64,000 nucleotides of DNA from NCBI RefSeq assembly GCF_050920415.1, contig NZ_CP169309.1; one strand, given 5' to 3'. Below the pieces are notes generated by a model, which saw only the letters and a list, made by a program, of their open reading frames with translations, was not told where the DNA came from and made no database searches. Below are positions 37,204-48,459 of the stretch, piece after piece. Both the position numbers and the translations under genes were made by a program. The first letter of the stretch is position 1. Each line of letters opens with the position of its first letter. The stretch comes from Escherichia coli. GTDB lineage: Bacteria > Pseudomonadota > Gammaproteobacteria > Enterobacterales > Enterobacteriaceae.

Positions 37204-37309
37204 AAAAAAAACCCGGCATAGGGGACCGGGAAGAGGATAGTCTGCCGTCTCCAGACTAATAAACCGTTATAACACTCCCTGTTGGCACGGGAAACTTTGT
37301 GCTCTCAGT
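37204..37309 (-). ncRNA. gadY: GadY small RNA, antisense to the gadX 3' end
   Basis: Reverse complement begins actgagagcacaaagtttcccgtgcc and ends in a poly-U terminator (A-run 37204-37211 on plus). Ends are approximate. Confidence 0.6.
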
Positions 37310-37555
37310 AAGTTAAATATAACTTTTACTGGAGATAAGATCAGCCATTTTTTTATAAACATAAGCTATGCGCTGTGTGAAAATATATTCTTCTTGCATT
37401 TTCTTATTATCAATTAACTGTTATGTCAAACTACTTTTTGGATAACTTTTGGTCCTACCAAATATGGCAGTTTATGCACGAAGAAGCGGTCTGGCATCAT
37501 TTCATTAGTATACTGAAATTGAAATAATCGCAGTAATGAAATATAAGGGATAGTC

Positions 37556-38284
37556 ATGACTCATGTCTGCTCGGTGATCCTCGTTCGTCGTTCATTGGAT
37601 ATTCATCATGAACAGCAAAAAATATCGTTGCACAACGAAAGTATTCTACTGCTGGATAAAAATTTGGCAGACGATTTTGCGTTTTGTTCACCGGATACAC
37701 GACGACTGGATATCGATGAGCTGACAGTTTGCCATTACTTACAAAATATTCGTCAGTTACCGCGCAATTTAGGGTTACATAGCAAAGACCGTTTGTTAAT
37801 TAACCAGTCCCCGCCCATGCCTCTGGTGACGGCGATTTTTGATAGTTTCAATGAATCCGGAGTAAATTCGCCGATACTGAGCAATATGCTCTACCTTTCC
37901 TGTTTATCTATGTTTTCTCATAAGAAAGAACTAATCCCCTTACTTTTCAATAGTATCAGCACTGTTTCAGGAAAAGTTGAACGCCTTATTAGCTTTGATA
38001 TCGCTAAACGTTGGTATCTACGCGATATCGCGGAAAGAATGTATACCAGCGAGAGTCTCATCAAAAAAAAGTTGCAGGACGAAAATACCTGTTTCAGTAA
38101 AATATTACTCGCTTCCAGGATGTCGATGGCCAGACGATTACTCGAGTTACGTCAAATTCCTCTACATACTATTGCGGAAAAATGTGGGTATAGCAGTACG
38201 TCGTACTTTATAAACACATTTCGACAATATTATGGTGTAACGCCACATCAGTTTGCGCAACATTCGCCAGGTACCTTTTCCTGA
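37556..38284 (+). CDS. gadW: AraC-family acid-resistance regulator GadW
   Basis: 242 aa with AraC HTH. Confidence 0.92.
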   Translation: MTHVCSVILVRRSLDIHHEQQKISLHNESILLLDKNLADDFAFCSPDTRRLDIDELTVCHYLQNIRQLPRNLGLHSKDRLLINQSPPMPLVTAIFDSFNESGVNSPILSNMLYLSCLSMFSHKKELIPLLFNSISTVSGKVERLISFDIAKRWYLRDIAERMYTSESLIKKKLQDENTCFSKILLASRMSMARRLLELRQIPLHTIAEKCGYSSTSYFINTFRQYYGVTPHQFAQHSPGTFS

Positions 38285-38646
38285 CATATTTCGCATTTGA
38301 ATATTGGTCAGGATCTCACACGTGCTTCATGTGAAACTCTTCCCTGATGATTTCTGCCGGGCTACCGGCTAGTTCTCTTTCGCAGTATGCCAGGCGGTAT
38401 AGGTATTTTCAGGAGGAAAAGACTCGGCATGTTTGGGATTATTAAGCTGACAATTCATACGATTACGGGAATGTGGGTCAGTATTGTGCTGTTCAAATTG
38501 ATGACGAATGGCTGGAGTGGTTTTTACTTTCAGTGCTGTGTACTAAGCCTGGTATTCCTGACGGTTAGCTGGTTGTTGAGTGGTGAATGGTTAGCAGGAA
38601 AGAGTAAGGCTGAACCCTCACGTTCAACCTTACTCTCATTTACACG

Positions 38647-41600
38647 TTACGCTTTTTTAAAGCGGGCAAAGAGATGTTCCACTACAACGAAAAAGACTGG
38701 AACGAAGTAAATGGCCAGCACTGTTGCGGCAAACATCCCGCCCATCACGCCGGTACCTACCGCGTTTTGCGCGCCGGAACCGGCACCGTGGCTGATTACC
38801 AGCGGCAACACGCCGAGAATAAAGGCCAGAGAGGTCATCAGGATTGGGCGTAAACGCATCCGCGCCGCTTCGATGATTGCCTCTATCGGCGTTTTCCCTT
38901 CTTTCTGCATCATCTCAACGGCAAATTCGACGATCAGGATGGCGTTCTTGGCGGAAAGCCCGATGGTAGTCAGCAAACCAACCTGGAAGTAGACGTCATT
39001 ACTTAAGCCGCGCAGATCGGTGGCCAGTAATGCGCCAACGACACCTAACGGTACAACCAACATCACCGAGAACGGAATTGACCAGCTCTCATAAAGTGCG
39101 GCAAGGGCGAGGAACACCACGACCAGTGAAATGGCATACAGCGCGGGAGCCTGGTTTGAGGATAACGCTTCCTGATACGACAGTCCGGTCCACGAGTAGC
39201 CGACGCCTGCCGGAAGTTTAGCGACCAGGTCTGCCATAAATTTCATAGCGTCACCGGTACTTTTCCCGGCCGCCGCTTCACCTAAAATCTCCATTGACGG
39301 GATGCCGTTGTAGCGTTCCAGTCGCGGTGAACCATAGGTCCATTCGGTAGACGAATAGGCCGAAAGCGGTGCCATCGTGCCAGAGGCGTTGCGTACATAC
39401 CACTGGTTGATGTTATCCGGCAACATACGGAACGGCGTGCCTGCCTGGACATACACTTTTTTCACCCGCCCCTGGTTGAGGAAGTCGTTCACGTAGCTGC
39501 TGCCGAAGGCGGTGGAAATTGTCTGGTTGATATCAGACAGCGCCACACCCATTGCCTCGGCTTTCGCGGCGTTGACGTTCACTTTGAACATCGGCGTATC
39601 TTCCAGTCCGTTCGGGCGTACCCCGGTGACCTGATTCGGTGATTGCGCTGCCAGTGATAATAGCTCGTTTCGCGCCTGGGTCAGTTTTTCGTGCCCCAGG
39701 TTACCGTTGTCCAGCAGTTCCATATCAAAACCTGACGCGGTACCCAGTTCAGCCACCGCGGGTAAGTTGAACGGGAAGACGACGGCTTTATTGATACTGC
39801 TTAACGCAATCATTGCCCGCTGAATGATCGCGGTAACCGAGTTTTCCTCACCGACACGTTCAGACCACGGTTTGAGGCTGATAAACGCCAGACCGTTGTT
39901 TTGCCCCTGGCCACTGAAGCCAAAGCCGCCAACGGTAAACACCGACTGAACATTATCTTTCTCTTTTGTCAGATAATAATCAGTCACCTGTTGCAGCACT
40001 TTCTTGGTGTTAACCATGGTTGCACCGGAAGGTAACTGCGCGGTGGTCATAAATACCCCCTGATCCTCTTCTGGTAAGAAAGAGGTCGGCGTACGCAGGA
40101 ACAGCACCGCCATCCCGGCGCAAATCAGCAGGTAGACCACCATGTAGCGACCGGTACAACGCAACAGCGAGCGGGTGCTGTCGGTATAGTGATGAGTCGA
40201 TTTTTCAAACAGCGTGTTGAAGCGTGCGAACAGGGCGTTAGGTTTGTGACCGCCTTCCGGCGCGGCTTTCAGAATGGTGGCGCACAGGGCAGGGGTCAGG
40301 CTCATTGCCACAAATACTGAAAGCAGCATCGAGGAGATCAGCGTGATGGAGAACTGTCGGTAGATCTCCCCGGTTGCACCGCTCATAAAGGCCATCGGCA
40401 TAAACACTGCGGAAAGAACAACGGCAATCCCGACCAGCGCACGTTGGATCTGCCCCATCGATTTATGCGTCGCTTCCTTCGGCGGTAGTTTATCTTCCGC
40501 AATGACACGCTCGACGTTCTCCACCACCACGATGGCGTCATCCACCAGTAACCCTATCGCCAGCACCATCCCGAACATAGTTAACGTGTTGATGGTGAAA
40601 CCGACCGCCGACAAGATCGCAAACGTCCCGAGAATAACCACCGGTACGGCAATCGTCGGGATGATTGTGGCGCGGAAATTCTGCAAAAACAGATACATGA
40701 CCAGGAAGACGAGGATGATAGCCTCAACCAGCGTTTTGAAAACTTCCTGAATAGAAATTTTGATAAACGGTGTGGTGTCGTAAGGATAAACCGTCTTCAG
40801 GCTTGCGGGGAAATAAGCCGATAAACGGTTCAGCTCCTCTTTCACCGCTCGCGAGGTATCCAGGGCGTTTGCTCCGGTAGCCAGTTTGATGGCGATCCCG
40901 GCAGCAGGTTTGCCGTTATAGCGCGCCACGGTGGAATAATCTTCCGCCCCAAGTTCGACGCGGGCGACATCACGCAGCAGTACTTGCGAACCATCTTGCT
41001 GAACTTTCAACAGGATTTTGCCAAATTCTTCCGGCGTTTGCAGACGCGTCTGCACAATGATCGAGGCGTTCAGTTGCTGGTCTGCCGCCTGTGGCATGCC
41101 ACCCAGTTGACCACCAGAAATCTGGTTGTTTTGCACCTTAATCTGGGAAATAACATCGGAAGGTACCAGGTTGTATTTATTGAGTTTTTGCGGGTCCAGC
41201 CAGATACGCATGGCATACTCGGAACCAAAGAGTTGTACGCTACCAACGCCCGCGGTACGGCTTAGCGGGTCTTTGATATTAGACGCTACATAGTCCGCGA
41301 TATCGTACTGGTTGAGACTGCCGTTATCAGAAATAAACGCCGCTACCATCAGGATATTACTGCTCGACTTATCGACGCTAATACCCTGCTGCTGCACCGC
41401 TTCAGGTAATGAAGGCATAGCGAGTTGCAGTTTATTTTGCACCTGAACCTGCGCGATATCAGGCGATGTCCCCGTCTCGAAGGTCAGAGTGATGGAGGCA
41501 TTACCCGCCGCATCGCTGGTTGAAGACATGTACATCAGGCCATCAAGCCCATTCATATTTTGCTCAATCACCTGAGTGACCGAGTCTTCTACCGTTTGCG

Positions 41601-41760
41601 CATCGGCACCCGGATAGGTTGCGCTGACGGTAATGGTTGGTGGCGCAATCTGCGGATATTGCGCAACCGGTAAGTTCATGATCGCCAGACCACCTGCAAG
41701 CATCATAATAATGGCAAGTACCCAGGCAAAAACCGGGCGATCAATAAAATAGTTAGCCAT
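38647..41760 (-). CDS. mdtF: RND multidrug efflux pump MdtF
   Basis: 1037 aa, AcrB-like. Confidence 0.93.
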   Translation of the reverse strand: MANYFIDRPVFAWVLAIIMMLAGGLAIMNLPVAQYPQIAPPTITVSATYPGADAQTVEDSVTQVIEQNMNGLDGLMYMSSTSDAAGNASITLTFETGTSPDIAQVQVQNKLQLAMPSLPEAVQQQGISVDKSSSNILMVAAFISDNGSLNQYDIADYVASNIKDPLSRTAGVGSVQLFGSEYAMRIWLDPQKLNKYNLVPSDVISQIKVQNNQISGGQLGGMPQAADQQLNASIIVQTRLQTPEEFGKILLKVQQDGSQVLLRDVARVELGAEDYSTVARYNGKPAAGIAIKLATGANALDTSRAVKEELNRLSAYFPASLKTVYPYDTTPFIKISIQEVFKTLVEAIILVFLVMYLFLQNFRATIIPTIAVPVVILGTFAILSAVGFTINTLTMFGMVLAIGLLVDDAIVVVENVERVIAEDKLPPKEATHKSMGQIQRALVGIAVVLSAVFMPMAFMSGATGEIYRQFSITLISSMLLSVFVAMSLTPALCATILKAAPEGGHKPNALFARFNTLFEKSTHHYTDSTRSLLRCTGRYMVVYLLICAGMAVLFLRTPTSFLPEEDQGVFMTTAQLPSGATMVNTKKVLQQVTDYYLTKEKDNVQSVFTVGGFGFSGQGQNNGLAFISLKPWSERVGEENSVTAIIQRAMIALSSINKAVVFPFNLPAVAELGTASGFDMELLDNGNLGHEKLTQARNELLSLAAQSPNQVTGVRPNGLEDTPMFKVNVNAAKAEAMGVALSDINQTISTAFGSSYVNDFLNQGRVKKVYVQAGTPFRMLPDNINQWYVRNASGTMAPLSAYSSTEWTYGSPRLERYNGIPSMEILGEAAAGKSTGDAMKFMADLVAKLPAGVGYSWTGLSYQEALSSNQAPALYAISLVVVFLALAALYESWSIPFSVMLVVPLGVVGALLATDLRGLSNDVYFQVGLLTTIGLSAKNAILIVEFAVEMMQKEGKTPIEAIIEAARMRLRPILMTSLAFILGVLPLVISHGAGSGAQNAVGTGVMGGMFAATVLAIYFVPVFFVVVEHLFARFKKA

Positions 41761-41784
41761 GAAAGTCCCCTTAAGCCTGCAACG

Positions 41785-42942
41785 TTATTGTTTCGATTCG
41801 GTGCTGGCGTTTTCCTGGCTGGAGGAAATTGCACGTGCTTTGATACCCGGATGAATACGTTGCAAACCGGAAACGATCACCCGATCGCCAGCCTGCAAGC
41901 CAGAGGTGACAACCCACTGGTCACCGATGGCTTTGCTGGCTTCGATTTCGCGTAGCTGCACGACATCGTCTTTATCCAGAATGAGTGCCGTTGCTTTACC
42001 CTGGGCGTTGTGGGTGACGCCTTCCTGCGGCACCAGTAATACATTCTGGCGGCTACCTTCATCCACTAATGCCGTGACATACATACCTGGCAGCAAATCA
42101 CCATTGGGATTGGGGAAAATTGCCCGTAAGGTCACGGACCCCGTGGTTTCATCCACCGTCGGGTCGGAGAATTTCAGCGTGCCGGTCTGGCTGTAACGTT
42201 TACCATTTTCCAGATTGAGCTGTACTGGCGTACTGCCCTGAACCTGTTTGATTTGTCCACTGGCGACCTCTTCTTTCATGCGCAAAAAATCCTGCACCGA
42301 CTGCGTGAGATCGACATAAATCGGGTCCAGACGTTGCACGGTAACCAGTGAATCGGCTTGATTAGCGGTAACGAGTGCGCCGACGGTCACCGATGATTTT
42401 CCGCTGACGCCCGTAATCGGCGAGGTGACATTCGCGTATTGCAGGTTGATAGTCGCCTGTTCAACAGCCGCTTTGGCGACGGTGACATTGGCTTCTGCTT
42501 CATTCAGCTGGGTGCGTGCGGTGTCGTAATCCTGACGGCTAACGTAGTTGGTCTTCAGCAATGATGCCTGGCGGTTAAAGGTGATGCGGGCATTGCTGGC
42601 GGTTGAGAGTGCTTTCGCCAACGAGCCTTTGGCGGAGTTTAGATCGGCCTGTAAAGGCGCAGGATCAATCTGATACAGCGAATCGCCCTGGTTCACTTTA
42701 TCGCCTTCGATAAAGTTGCGTTTAATGATAATACCGCCCACCTGGGGGCGTATCTCGGCAACTTCATAAGGAACGGTTCTACCGGGCAATTCGCTCAACA
42801 CATTGACCGAACCGGGGGAGAGTGTGACGACACCGACCTCAGGCGTCATGGCGGCGGCGTTTTCCGTCGATTTGTCATCGCAGGCGGTGAGCATCGCGCC
42901 GCAGAATAACAACGGTATTAACAGTTTTCTTCTTCTGTTCAT
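41785..42942 (-). CDS. mdtE: RND efflux membrane fusion protein MdtE (lipoprotein)
   Basis: 385 aa; lipobox LTAC. Confidence 0.92.
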   Translation of the reverse strand: MNRRRKLLIPLLFCGAMLTACDDKSTENAAAMTPEVGVVTLSPGSVNVLSELPGRTVPYEVAEIRPQVGGIIIKRNFIEGDKVNQGDSLYQIDPAPLQADLNSAKGSLAKALSTASNARITFNRQASLLKTNYVSRQDYDTARTQLNEAEANVTVAKAAVEQATINLQYANVTSPITGVSGKSSVTVGALVTANQADSLVTVQRLDPIYVDLTQSVQDFLRMKEEVASGQIKQVQGSTPVQLNLENGKRYSQTGTLKFSDPTVDETTGSVTLRAIFPNPNGDLLPGMYVTALVDEGSRQNVLLVPQEGVTHNAQGKATALILDKDDVVQLREIEASKAIGDQWVVTSGLQAGDRVIVSGLQRIHPGIKARAISSSQENASTESKQ

Positions 42943-43280
42943 TTTAGTCCCTGAAAATTCTTGAGATATAACGGTTCTTTAAATTGCGCGCGAGGAGAGG
43001 TATGAGGGATTTACAGACCAGCGGCATAGTGGGGTTGTCAGCCAGTAAGATGGGATGCAAGCACAGTGATCGACATGGTGAGGTCAACGACAAAAAAAAT
43101 GTTGCCGTTCTGCCAACAGTTCCTGCCAGCATTCGGGCAACGAAGGGTTCTACTGGTGGATACACATACCAGGGGAATAAAGTCGTTTTCGCCTCTCCTT
43201 TAGTCATCACCGGGGATAATGAAATCAGCATCTGCATCCCTCTTCATGCCTGCCATCATTTTCAGTTAATTATGTCCTGA

Positions 43281-43808
43281 CTAAAAATAAGATGTGATAC
43301 CCAGGGTGACGATGTCGCTCATACGTCTTAGTTTCAGCTTGTACATAATGTTGAATTTCTGAATCTTTAATGTTTGTTGCGAAATATTGAGCGTTGACGT
43401 GATATTGCTTTCGTTTTTGTTTTTCAGAATTAGCTGCATAATTTTGAACTGATTATGTGAAAAACATAATTGTGAATTCTTATGAGGCAAGTGTTTACCA
43501 TAAGTAATCTCAAGAAGATTTTTGATACTTTCTTTGCGGCTGACAAAATAAATAGGCGCTTTAGCTTTTAGTTTACTGATGTGATAAGGTGCCAAAACAA
43601 TAATTCTCTCGGCGTCTAATTTCTCCAGAAATTTAATCGCTTCTTCATCAAGGATATGGTTGTGATAGGTATCAATGATAACCTTGAAGGGTTTATTACC
43701 TACTTTTTTGATCTCTGACAGGGAATTGATTTTTATCATTTCGTGATTATCTTTCAACTGCCAAAAGCCCTGTAAAAGAAAAGAATCTTTCGTCATGAGA
43801 AAAATCAT
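43281..43808 (-). CDS. gadE: LuxR-family acid-resistance activator GadE
   Basis: 175 aa, MIFLMTKDSFLLQGFWQLKDNHEM... Confidence 0.92.
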   Translation of the reverse strand: MIFLMTKDSFLLQGFWQLKDNHEMIKINSLSEIKKVGNKPFKVIIDTYHNHILDEEAIKFLEKLDAERIIVLAPYHISKLKAKAPIYFVSRKESIKNLLEITYGKHLPHKNSQLCFSHNQFKIMQLILKNKNESNITSTLNISQQTLKIQKFNIMYKLKLRRMSDIVTLGITSYF

Positions 43809-44606
43809 AACTTACTCCTTAGCCGTTATCGTTTCGAACATGTCATCCTTTTCATTATTTACATCCCTGTCCGAATCGTTGTTCAATATAGTAAACGCCT
43901 ATAAGAACCTTGCCCTTCGTGAACTAATACGTCTATTAACACTAATCAATACTTCAGATTTATCCATCACGCACTCCATATATTGATCCTAAGTAAAATT
44001 CCTGGTTGTTATCAGATTGTAAGCTGCAAACAAAAAATTAACGTTTGCGGATTACTGCCCAAGAATAAGTTATCAATAACCAGTTTGTGATCTCTGAAGA
44101 ATATTACTAAAGTTAAAATGTAATCCGATTTAAATATCGAGTCTCCTTGTTTCGACTTAAGCTGGCAATTGGATTGCCAGCTTTCTTTTAACGCATTGAA
44201 ATTACCTGAGTAAATAACTCATTCATGTCTTCAGGTTTTTATATAGCGTCTGGAGACACGGATATTTATGCAATGTAATCAACGCCAGTTGCAAAAAAAT
44301 GAACCCGGATTACTTATTTAACCGCCCATAGCATCAACGTTTACGGAACTCTTTGTTCACTTTCCCACAGCACTTTTAAAACATTAAACCTGACTACGGA
44401 AAATATCAGCCATGATAATGTTTGAAATGGCTAATTTGCCATGCAATGAAAAAAATCAGATAAAATTCAGTAGGTTGAAATACTCATCAGCAGGTAATTA
44501 TTTCAATGATAGCGCGCAATTGATCTAAAATGCTGTGTAGCGGAGAGAGTATTAATTGGATCATAGTCACATCAAGTGACTATGATCCAGGTGGCAATAG
44601 GGATAA
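43809..44606. promoter_or_regulatory. Extended AT-rich gadE upstream regulatory region
   Basis: Roughly 800 bp of AT-rich non-coding DNA upstream of gadE; known in E. coli as a multi-promoter sensory region. Confidence 0.6.
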
Positions 44607-45179
44607 TTATTGCTTTTTAACAAACAAACTGGCGAAGCTGAACAGGCTAGCGGCGCTAAATATCAGTTCAATTCCCACTAGTGTGGAAACCAGCGTTACA
44701 GAAACCATCGGCGTTGCACCAAGGAATATCCAGGCAATGACGATATCCAGCACACCAATAACGAGCTGTAGCCAACTGCCTTTCATTGAACGCTGACGAT
44801 ACCAACTCATCAGACGAATAACTCCTGCCACACAGAACAAACCGGCAATAAATGCCGCAATGGCAAAAATGCCCAGCTCCGGTGCGCGGATGAAGAAATA
44901 GCCGATCAATAAATAGGCGACTGCGACGAGGAAACCGGATAATACCGGCCAGAAATTATGACTGCGGTTGCTGAATAGCCCGACAATAAGCGCAATGCCC
45001 GAGCAGATTAATAATGCACCCACTACTGTGCTTAAAATGTCGCCAGAGACGAACGGAAAACTGATACACAGCAACCCGACGATAAACAGCAGCACGGCAA
45101 TAAACTGGATTGCTCTGCGATGTTTTTTAAGCATCTCCAGATCAAACTTCAAAATTGTTGCCTTATCTATATATAACAT
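44607..45179 (-). CDS. hdeD: Acid-resistance membrane protein HdeD
   Basis: 190 aa, multi-TM. Confidence 0.9.
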   Translation of the reverse strand: MLYIDKATILKFDLEMLKKHRRAIQFIAVLLFIVGLLCISFPFVSGDILSTVVGALLICSGIALIVGLFSNRSHNFWPVLSGFLVAVAYLLIGYFFIRAPELGIFAIAAFIAGLFCVAGVIRLMSWYRQRSMKGSWLQLVIGVLDIVIAWIFLGATPMVSVTLVSTLVGIELIFSAASLFSFASLFVKKQ

Positions 45180-45433
45180 AGAACCACCCTATAAAATTAA
45201 GAAGAAAATCCCCTGCTATCAATCTATGCCAAAAACGCGTCTAAGAATGCAGTCGATTTAATAAAAATTTCCTAATTACAGTATCTGATGCATCTGTAAC
45301 TTATTGTATTGAAATAAAAATATCTGATTTTGATATTTTCCATCAACATGACATATACAGAAAACCAGGTTATAACCTCAGTGTCGAAATTGATTCGTGA
45401 CGGCTCTTTCACTTTATAGTTGAGGATATTACG

Positions 45434-45766
45434 ATGAAAAAAGTATTAGGCGTTATTCTTGGTGGTCTGCTTCTTCTGCCAGTTGTGAGCAATGCAGCGG
45501 ATGCGCAAAAAGCAGCTGATAACAAAAAACCGGTCAACACCTGGACCTGTGAAGATTTTCTGGCTGTGGACGAATCCTTCCAGCCAACTGCAGTTGGTTT
45601 TGCTGAAGCACTGAACAATAAAGATAAACCAGAAGATGCGGTTTTAGATGTTCAGGGTATTGCAACCGTAACCCCAGCGATCGTTCAGGCTTGTACTCAG
45701 GATAAACAAGCCAACTTTAAAGATAAAGTTAAAAGCGAATGGGACAAAGTTAAGAAAGATATGTAA
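45434..45766 (+). CDS. hdeA: Periplasmic acid-stress chaperone HdeA
   Basis: 110 aa with signal peptide. Confidence 0.93.
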   Translation: MKKVLGVILGGLLLLPVVSNAADAQKAADNKKPVNTWTCEDFLAVDESFQPTAVGFAEALNNKDKPEDAVLDVQGIATVTPAIVQACTQDKQANFKDKVKSEWDKVKKDM

Positions 45767-45881
45767 TTCCGGGAATACGTTACATCGTACTTCCTTGCAT
45801 ATTGAACAGGTAGGAATACCTTCTTCAAAAGCAGCTATTCCTTCTGTTCATATTTAATCTCTATATTGAATGGGTTACAAA

Positions 45882-46208
45882 ATGAATATTTCATCTCTCC
45901 GTAAAGCGTTTATTTTTATGGGCGCTGTAGCGGCTTTGTCACTGGTGAACGCACAATCTGCGCTGGCAGCCAATGAATCCGCTAAGGATATGACTTGCCA
46001 GGAATTTATTGATCTGAATCCAAAAGCAATGACACCGGTTGCGTGGTGGATGCTGCATGAAGAAACAGTTTATAAAGGTGGTGATACTGTTACTTTAAAT
46101 GAAACCGATCTTACTCAAATTCCTAAAGTGATCGAATACTGCAAAAAAAATCCGCAGAAAAATTTGTATACTTTCAAAAATCAAGCATCTAATGACTTGC
46201 CGAATTAA
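45882..46208 (+). CDS. hdeB: Periplasmic acid-stress chaperone HdeB
   Basis: 108 aa from ATG 45882 (MNISSLRKAFIFMGAVAALSLVNAQSALA...). Confidence 0.9.
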   Translation: MNISSLRKAFIFMGAVAALSLVNAQSALAANESAKDMTCQEFIDLNPKAMTPVAWWMLHEETVYKGGDTVTLNETDLTQIPKVIEYCKKNPQKNLYTFKNQASNDLPN

Positions 46209-46271
46209 TGGGGCACAAGTAAAAAGGAGTAGCAAGTTGAGCCATCTTGCTGCTCCTTTTTGCATTTTTAT

Positions 46272-46919
46272 ATGACAGCAGAATTTATTATACGTCTTAT
46301 ACTCGCGGCAATTGCCTGTGGCGCTATTGGCATGGAAAGGCAAATGCGCGGCAAAGGAGCAGGGTTACGCACACATGTATTAATTGGCATGGGAAGCGCC
46401 CTGTTTATGATTGTTTCGAAATATGGTTTTGCTGACGTGCTGTCTTTAGATCACGTCGGACTGGACCCCAGCCGTATTGCTGCTCAGGTAGTGACGGGTG
46501 TTGGGTTTATCGGTGCGGGTAACATTCTTGTTCGTAACCAAAATATTGTGGGTCTGACGACGGCAGCCGATATCTGGGTGACTGCCGCCATTGGTATGGT
46601 TATTGGTAGCGGTATGTACGAACTGGGTATTTATGGTTCAGTGATGACCTTGCTGGTGCTGGAAGTCTTTCATCAATTAACCTTCCGCCTGATGAATAAA
46701 AATTACCATTTACAGCTGACATTAGTGAACGGTAATACGGTATCAATGCTCGACTGGTTTAAGCAGCAAAAAATAAAAACGGATTTAGTTTCGTTGCAGG
46801 AAAATGAAGATCATGAAGTGGTCGCCATTGATATCCAGCTTCATGCCACGACGTCGATAGAAGATCTGTTGCGATTATTAAAAGGTATGGCAGGGGTGAA
46901 AGGCGTTTCAATTAGCTAA
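46272..46919 (+). CDS. yhiD: MgtC-family inner-membrane protein YhiD
   Basis: 215 aa from ATG 46272 (MTAEFIIRLILAAIACGAIGMERQ...). Confidence 0.88.
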   Translation: MTAEFIIRLILAAIACGAIGMERQMRGKGAGLRTHVLIGMGSALFMIVSKYGFADVLSLDHVGLDPSRIAAQVVTGVGFIGAGNILVRNQNIVGLTTAADIWVTAAIGMVIGSGMYELGIYGSVMTLLVLEVFHQLTFRLMNKNYHLQLTLVNGNTVSMLDWFKQQKIKTDLVSLQENEDHEVVAIDIQLHATTSIEDLLRLLKGMAGVKGVSIS

Positions 46920-46961
46920 TCTGTGTGGTAGCGAAATCACACTCGCCACCCTACTGGAAAT

Positions 46962-47492
46962 TCACACCAGATAATCAATATGCTGATGGCGTACCAACTC
47001 ATTGATCCGCTTAAGATTGAGGATCATCATGATATTGTGTTTATGGCAGTAGAACGTTTTTAGCGATATTTTCAGTTTCTCCAGAATATCTTCCGTTGTC
47101 ATTTGATTCGCAATGCAGCTTAGAACCTGATGCTGCTTGCGCGAAAGGGACACATCCGCTTCAGGCACAGAGCAGTAACTGCCATTGATGAGTGCGACAA
47201 AGTCGATGATGGTGATAGTTCGCGGAACAAAGGTCACCGGTACTTTCCCCAGGCAGCGTTTAATATTAAAGGGAGAGAAAATAATCACATGGACAGGTTT
47301 TAATCGTTCAATCTGAGTGAGCAAATTAGAATGAAATACATTATTCATTAATGTATCAATAATGACGAAGGCATGCTGATGCAACATTACGTCGATCTCT
47401 TCTTCGTTCTGTATATGAACGACATTACCTTTGCTCAGAATGTTTTTCATCGCAGTGAAGAACATCGTATCCCTGGTAATTATAAGAAACAT
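46962..47492 (-). CDS. dctR: LuxR-family regulator DctR (YhiF)
   Basis: 176 aa. Confidence 0.88.
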   Translation of the reverse strand: MFLIITRDTMFFTAMKNILSKGNVVHIQNEEEIDVMLHQHAFVIIDTLMNNVFHSNLLTQIERLKPVHVIIFSPFNIKRCLGKVPVTFVPRTITIIDFVALINGSYCSVPEADVSLSRKQHQVLSCIANQMTTEDILEKLKISLKTFYCHKHNIMMILNLKRINELVRHQHIDYLV

Positions 47493-47647
47493 AACCGACT
47501 CCTGGTGCGGACATTAACTTTATAATCAGTTTGCCAAAGGTAATTAACAGGACAGGGCTTATAATAATAATAGTTAGCTGGCTGTGTATTAATTTAATGT
47601 AATGCATGATGCAGATGCTGAGAAAGCATCTGCATCTCTCGGTGGTG

Positions 47648-48214
47648 TTATTTGACCAGCTCAGGTGTTACTTGACTCACCGCATTGGTGTAGTAAGGCG
47701 CGCCCCAGCCCGGTTCCGGCCAGAATGCACCATAGCCGTAATCCCACAGGTTATAGGTGGTATTAACCACTTCTCTCAAATGCCACACCTGGATTCCCTG
47801 CATATTCACTTCCAGGAAGTTATACGGGACTTTATTGATAAAGCCAGGTTGTTCACCCTGAATGGTACCGAGGATGGTAACAAAGTGATTACGATAGTTC
47901 ACTGGATCAAGGAAGCCGCTTTGTCTGGCGAGCAGTCGGCCCTGATAGTTGGCTTCAATATCAGGCTTCGCATAGCTATCCAACGGTAATACAGCGATTT
48001 CTAACAACGTATCCGTTTTGCCATTGATAACGTTGATAACCTTCCCGCCAAAGCGCGCTTGTTGACCAACATATAACCCCGGCTGGTTATGAACAGCAAC
48101 AAAACTTTTTTGAATATCAGGTTGGTTATTGCCTTTGATATTTTGCGGAATTGAACTACATGCGGCAAGCAAAAATGAAAGGCTGAGGATGAGTGCACCT
48201 TTTGTCATGTTCAT
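47648..48214 (-). CDS. slp: Starvation-inducible outer-membrane lipoprotein Slp
   Basis: 188 aa from the minus-strand ATG at 48214 (MNMTKGALILSLSFLLAACSS, lipobox LAAC); the listed ORF extends 73 codons upstream. Confidence 0.88.
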   Translation of the reverse strand: MNMTKGALILSLSFLLAACSSIPQNIKGNNQPDIQKSFVAVHNQPGLYVGQQARFGGKVINVINGKTDTLLEIAVLPLDSYAKPDIEANYQGRLLARQSGFLDPVNYRNHFVTILGTIQGEQPGFINKVPYNFLEVNMQGIQVWHLREVVNTTYNLWDYGYGAFWPEPGWGAPYYTNAVSQVTPELVK

Positions 48215-48459
48215 GTTACTATCCTTATCAACAAATATTAAAACCATAATAGATATTTCTTTATAGTTTTCATCTGATTCTGAGGCGATATGCCTGATAG
48301 TAACGTAAACCTGTCTGATGTTTATATCCCTTCTGTTTAGTTTTATTCTGTTAATTTTGGGGCGTGACATGAGTATCCATCGCCCCATAAAATAGCCTTT
48401 TTTTAAAGGTACATAAAATCTATTTTTATTCAATACTTATAAAGCGCTAATGTTCAATA

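Noticed and set aside
42944-43280. Small ORFs (42944-43237 minus, 42984-43280 plus) in the gadE-mdtE spacer
   Set aside because: No ribosome-binding site or recognisable domain; the region is better explained as the mdtE promoter/leader downstream of gadE.
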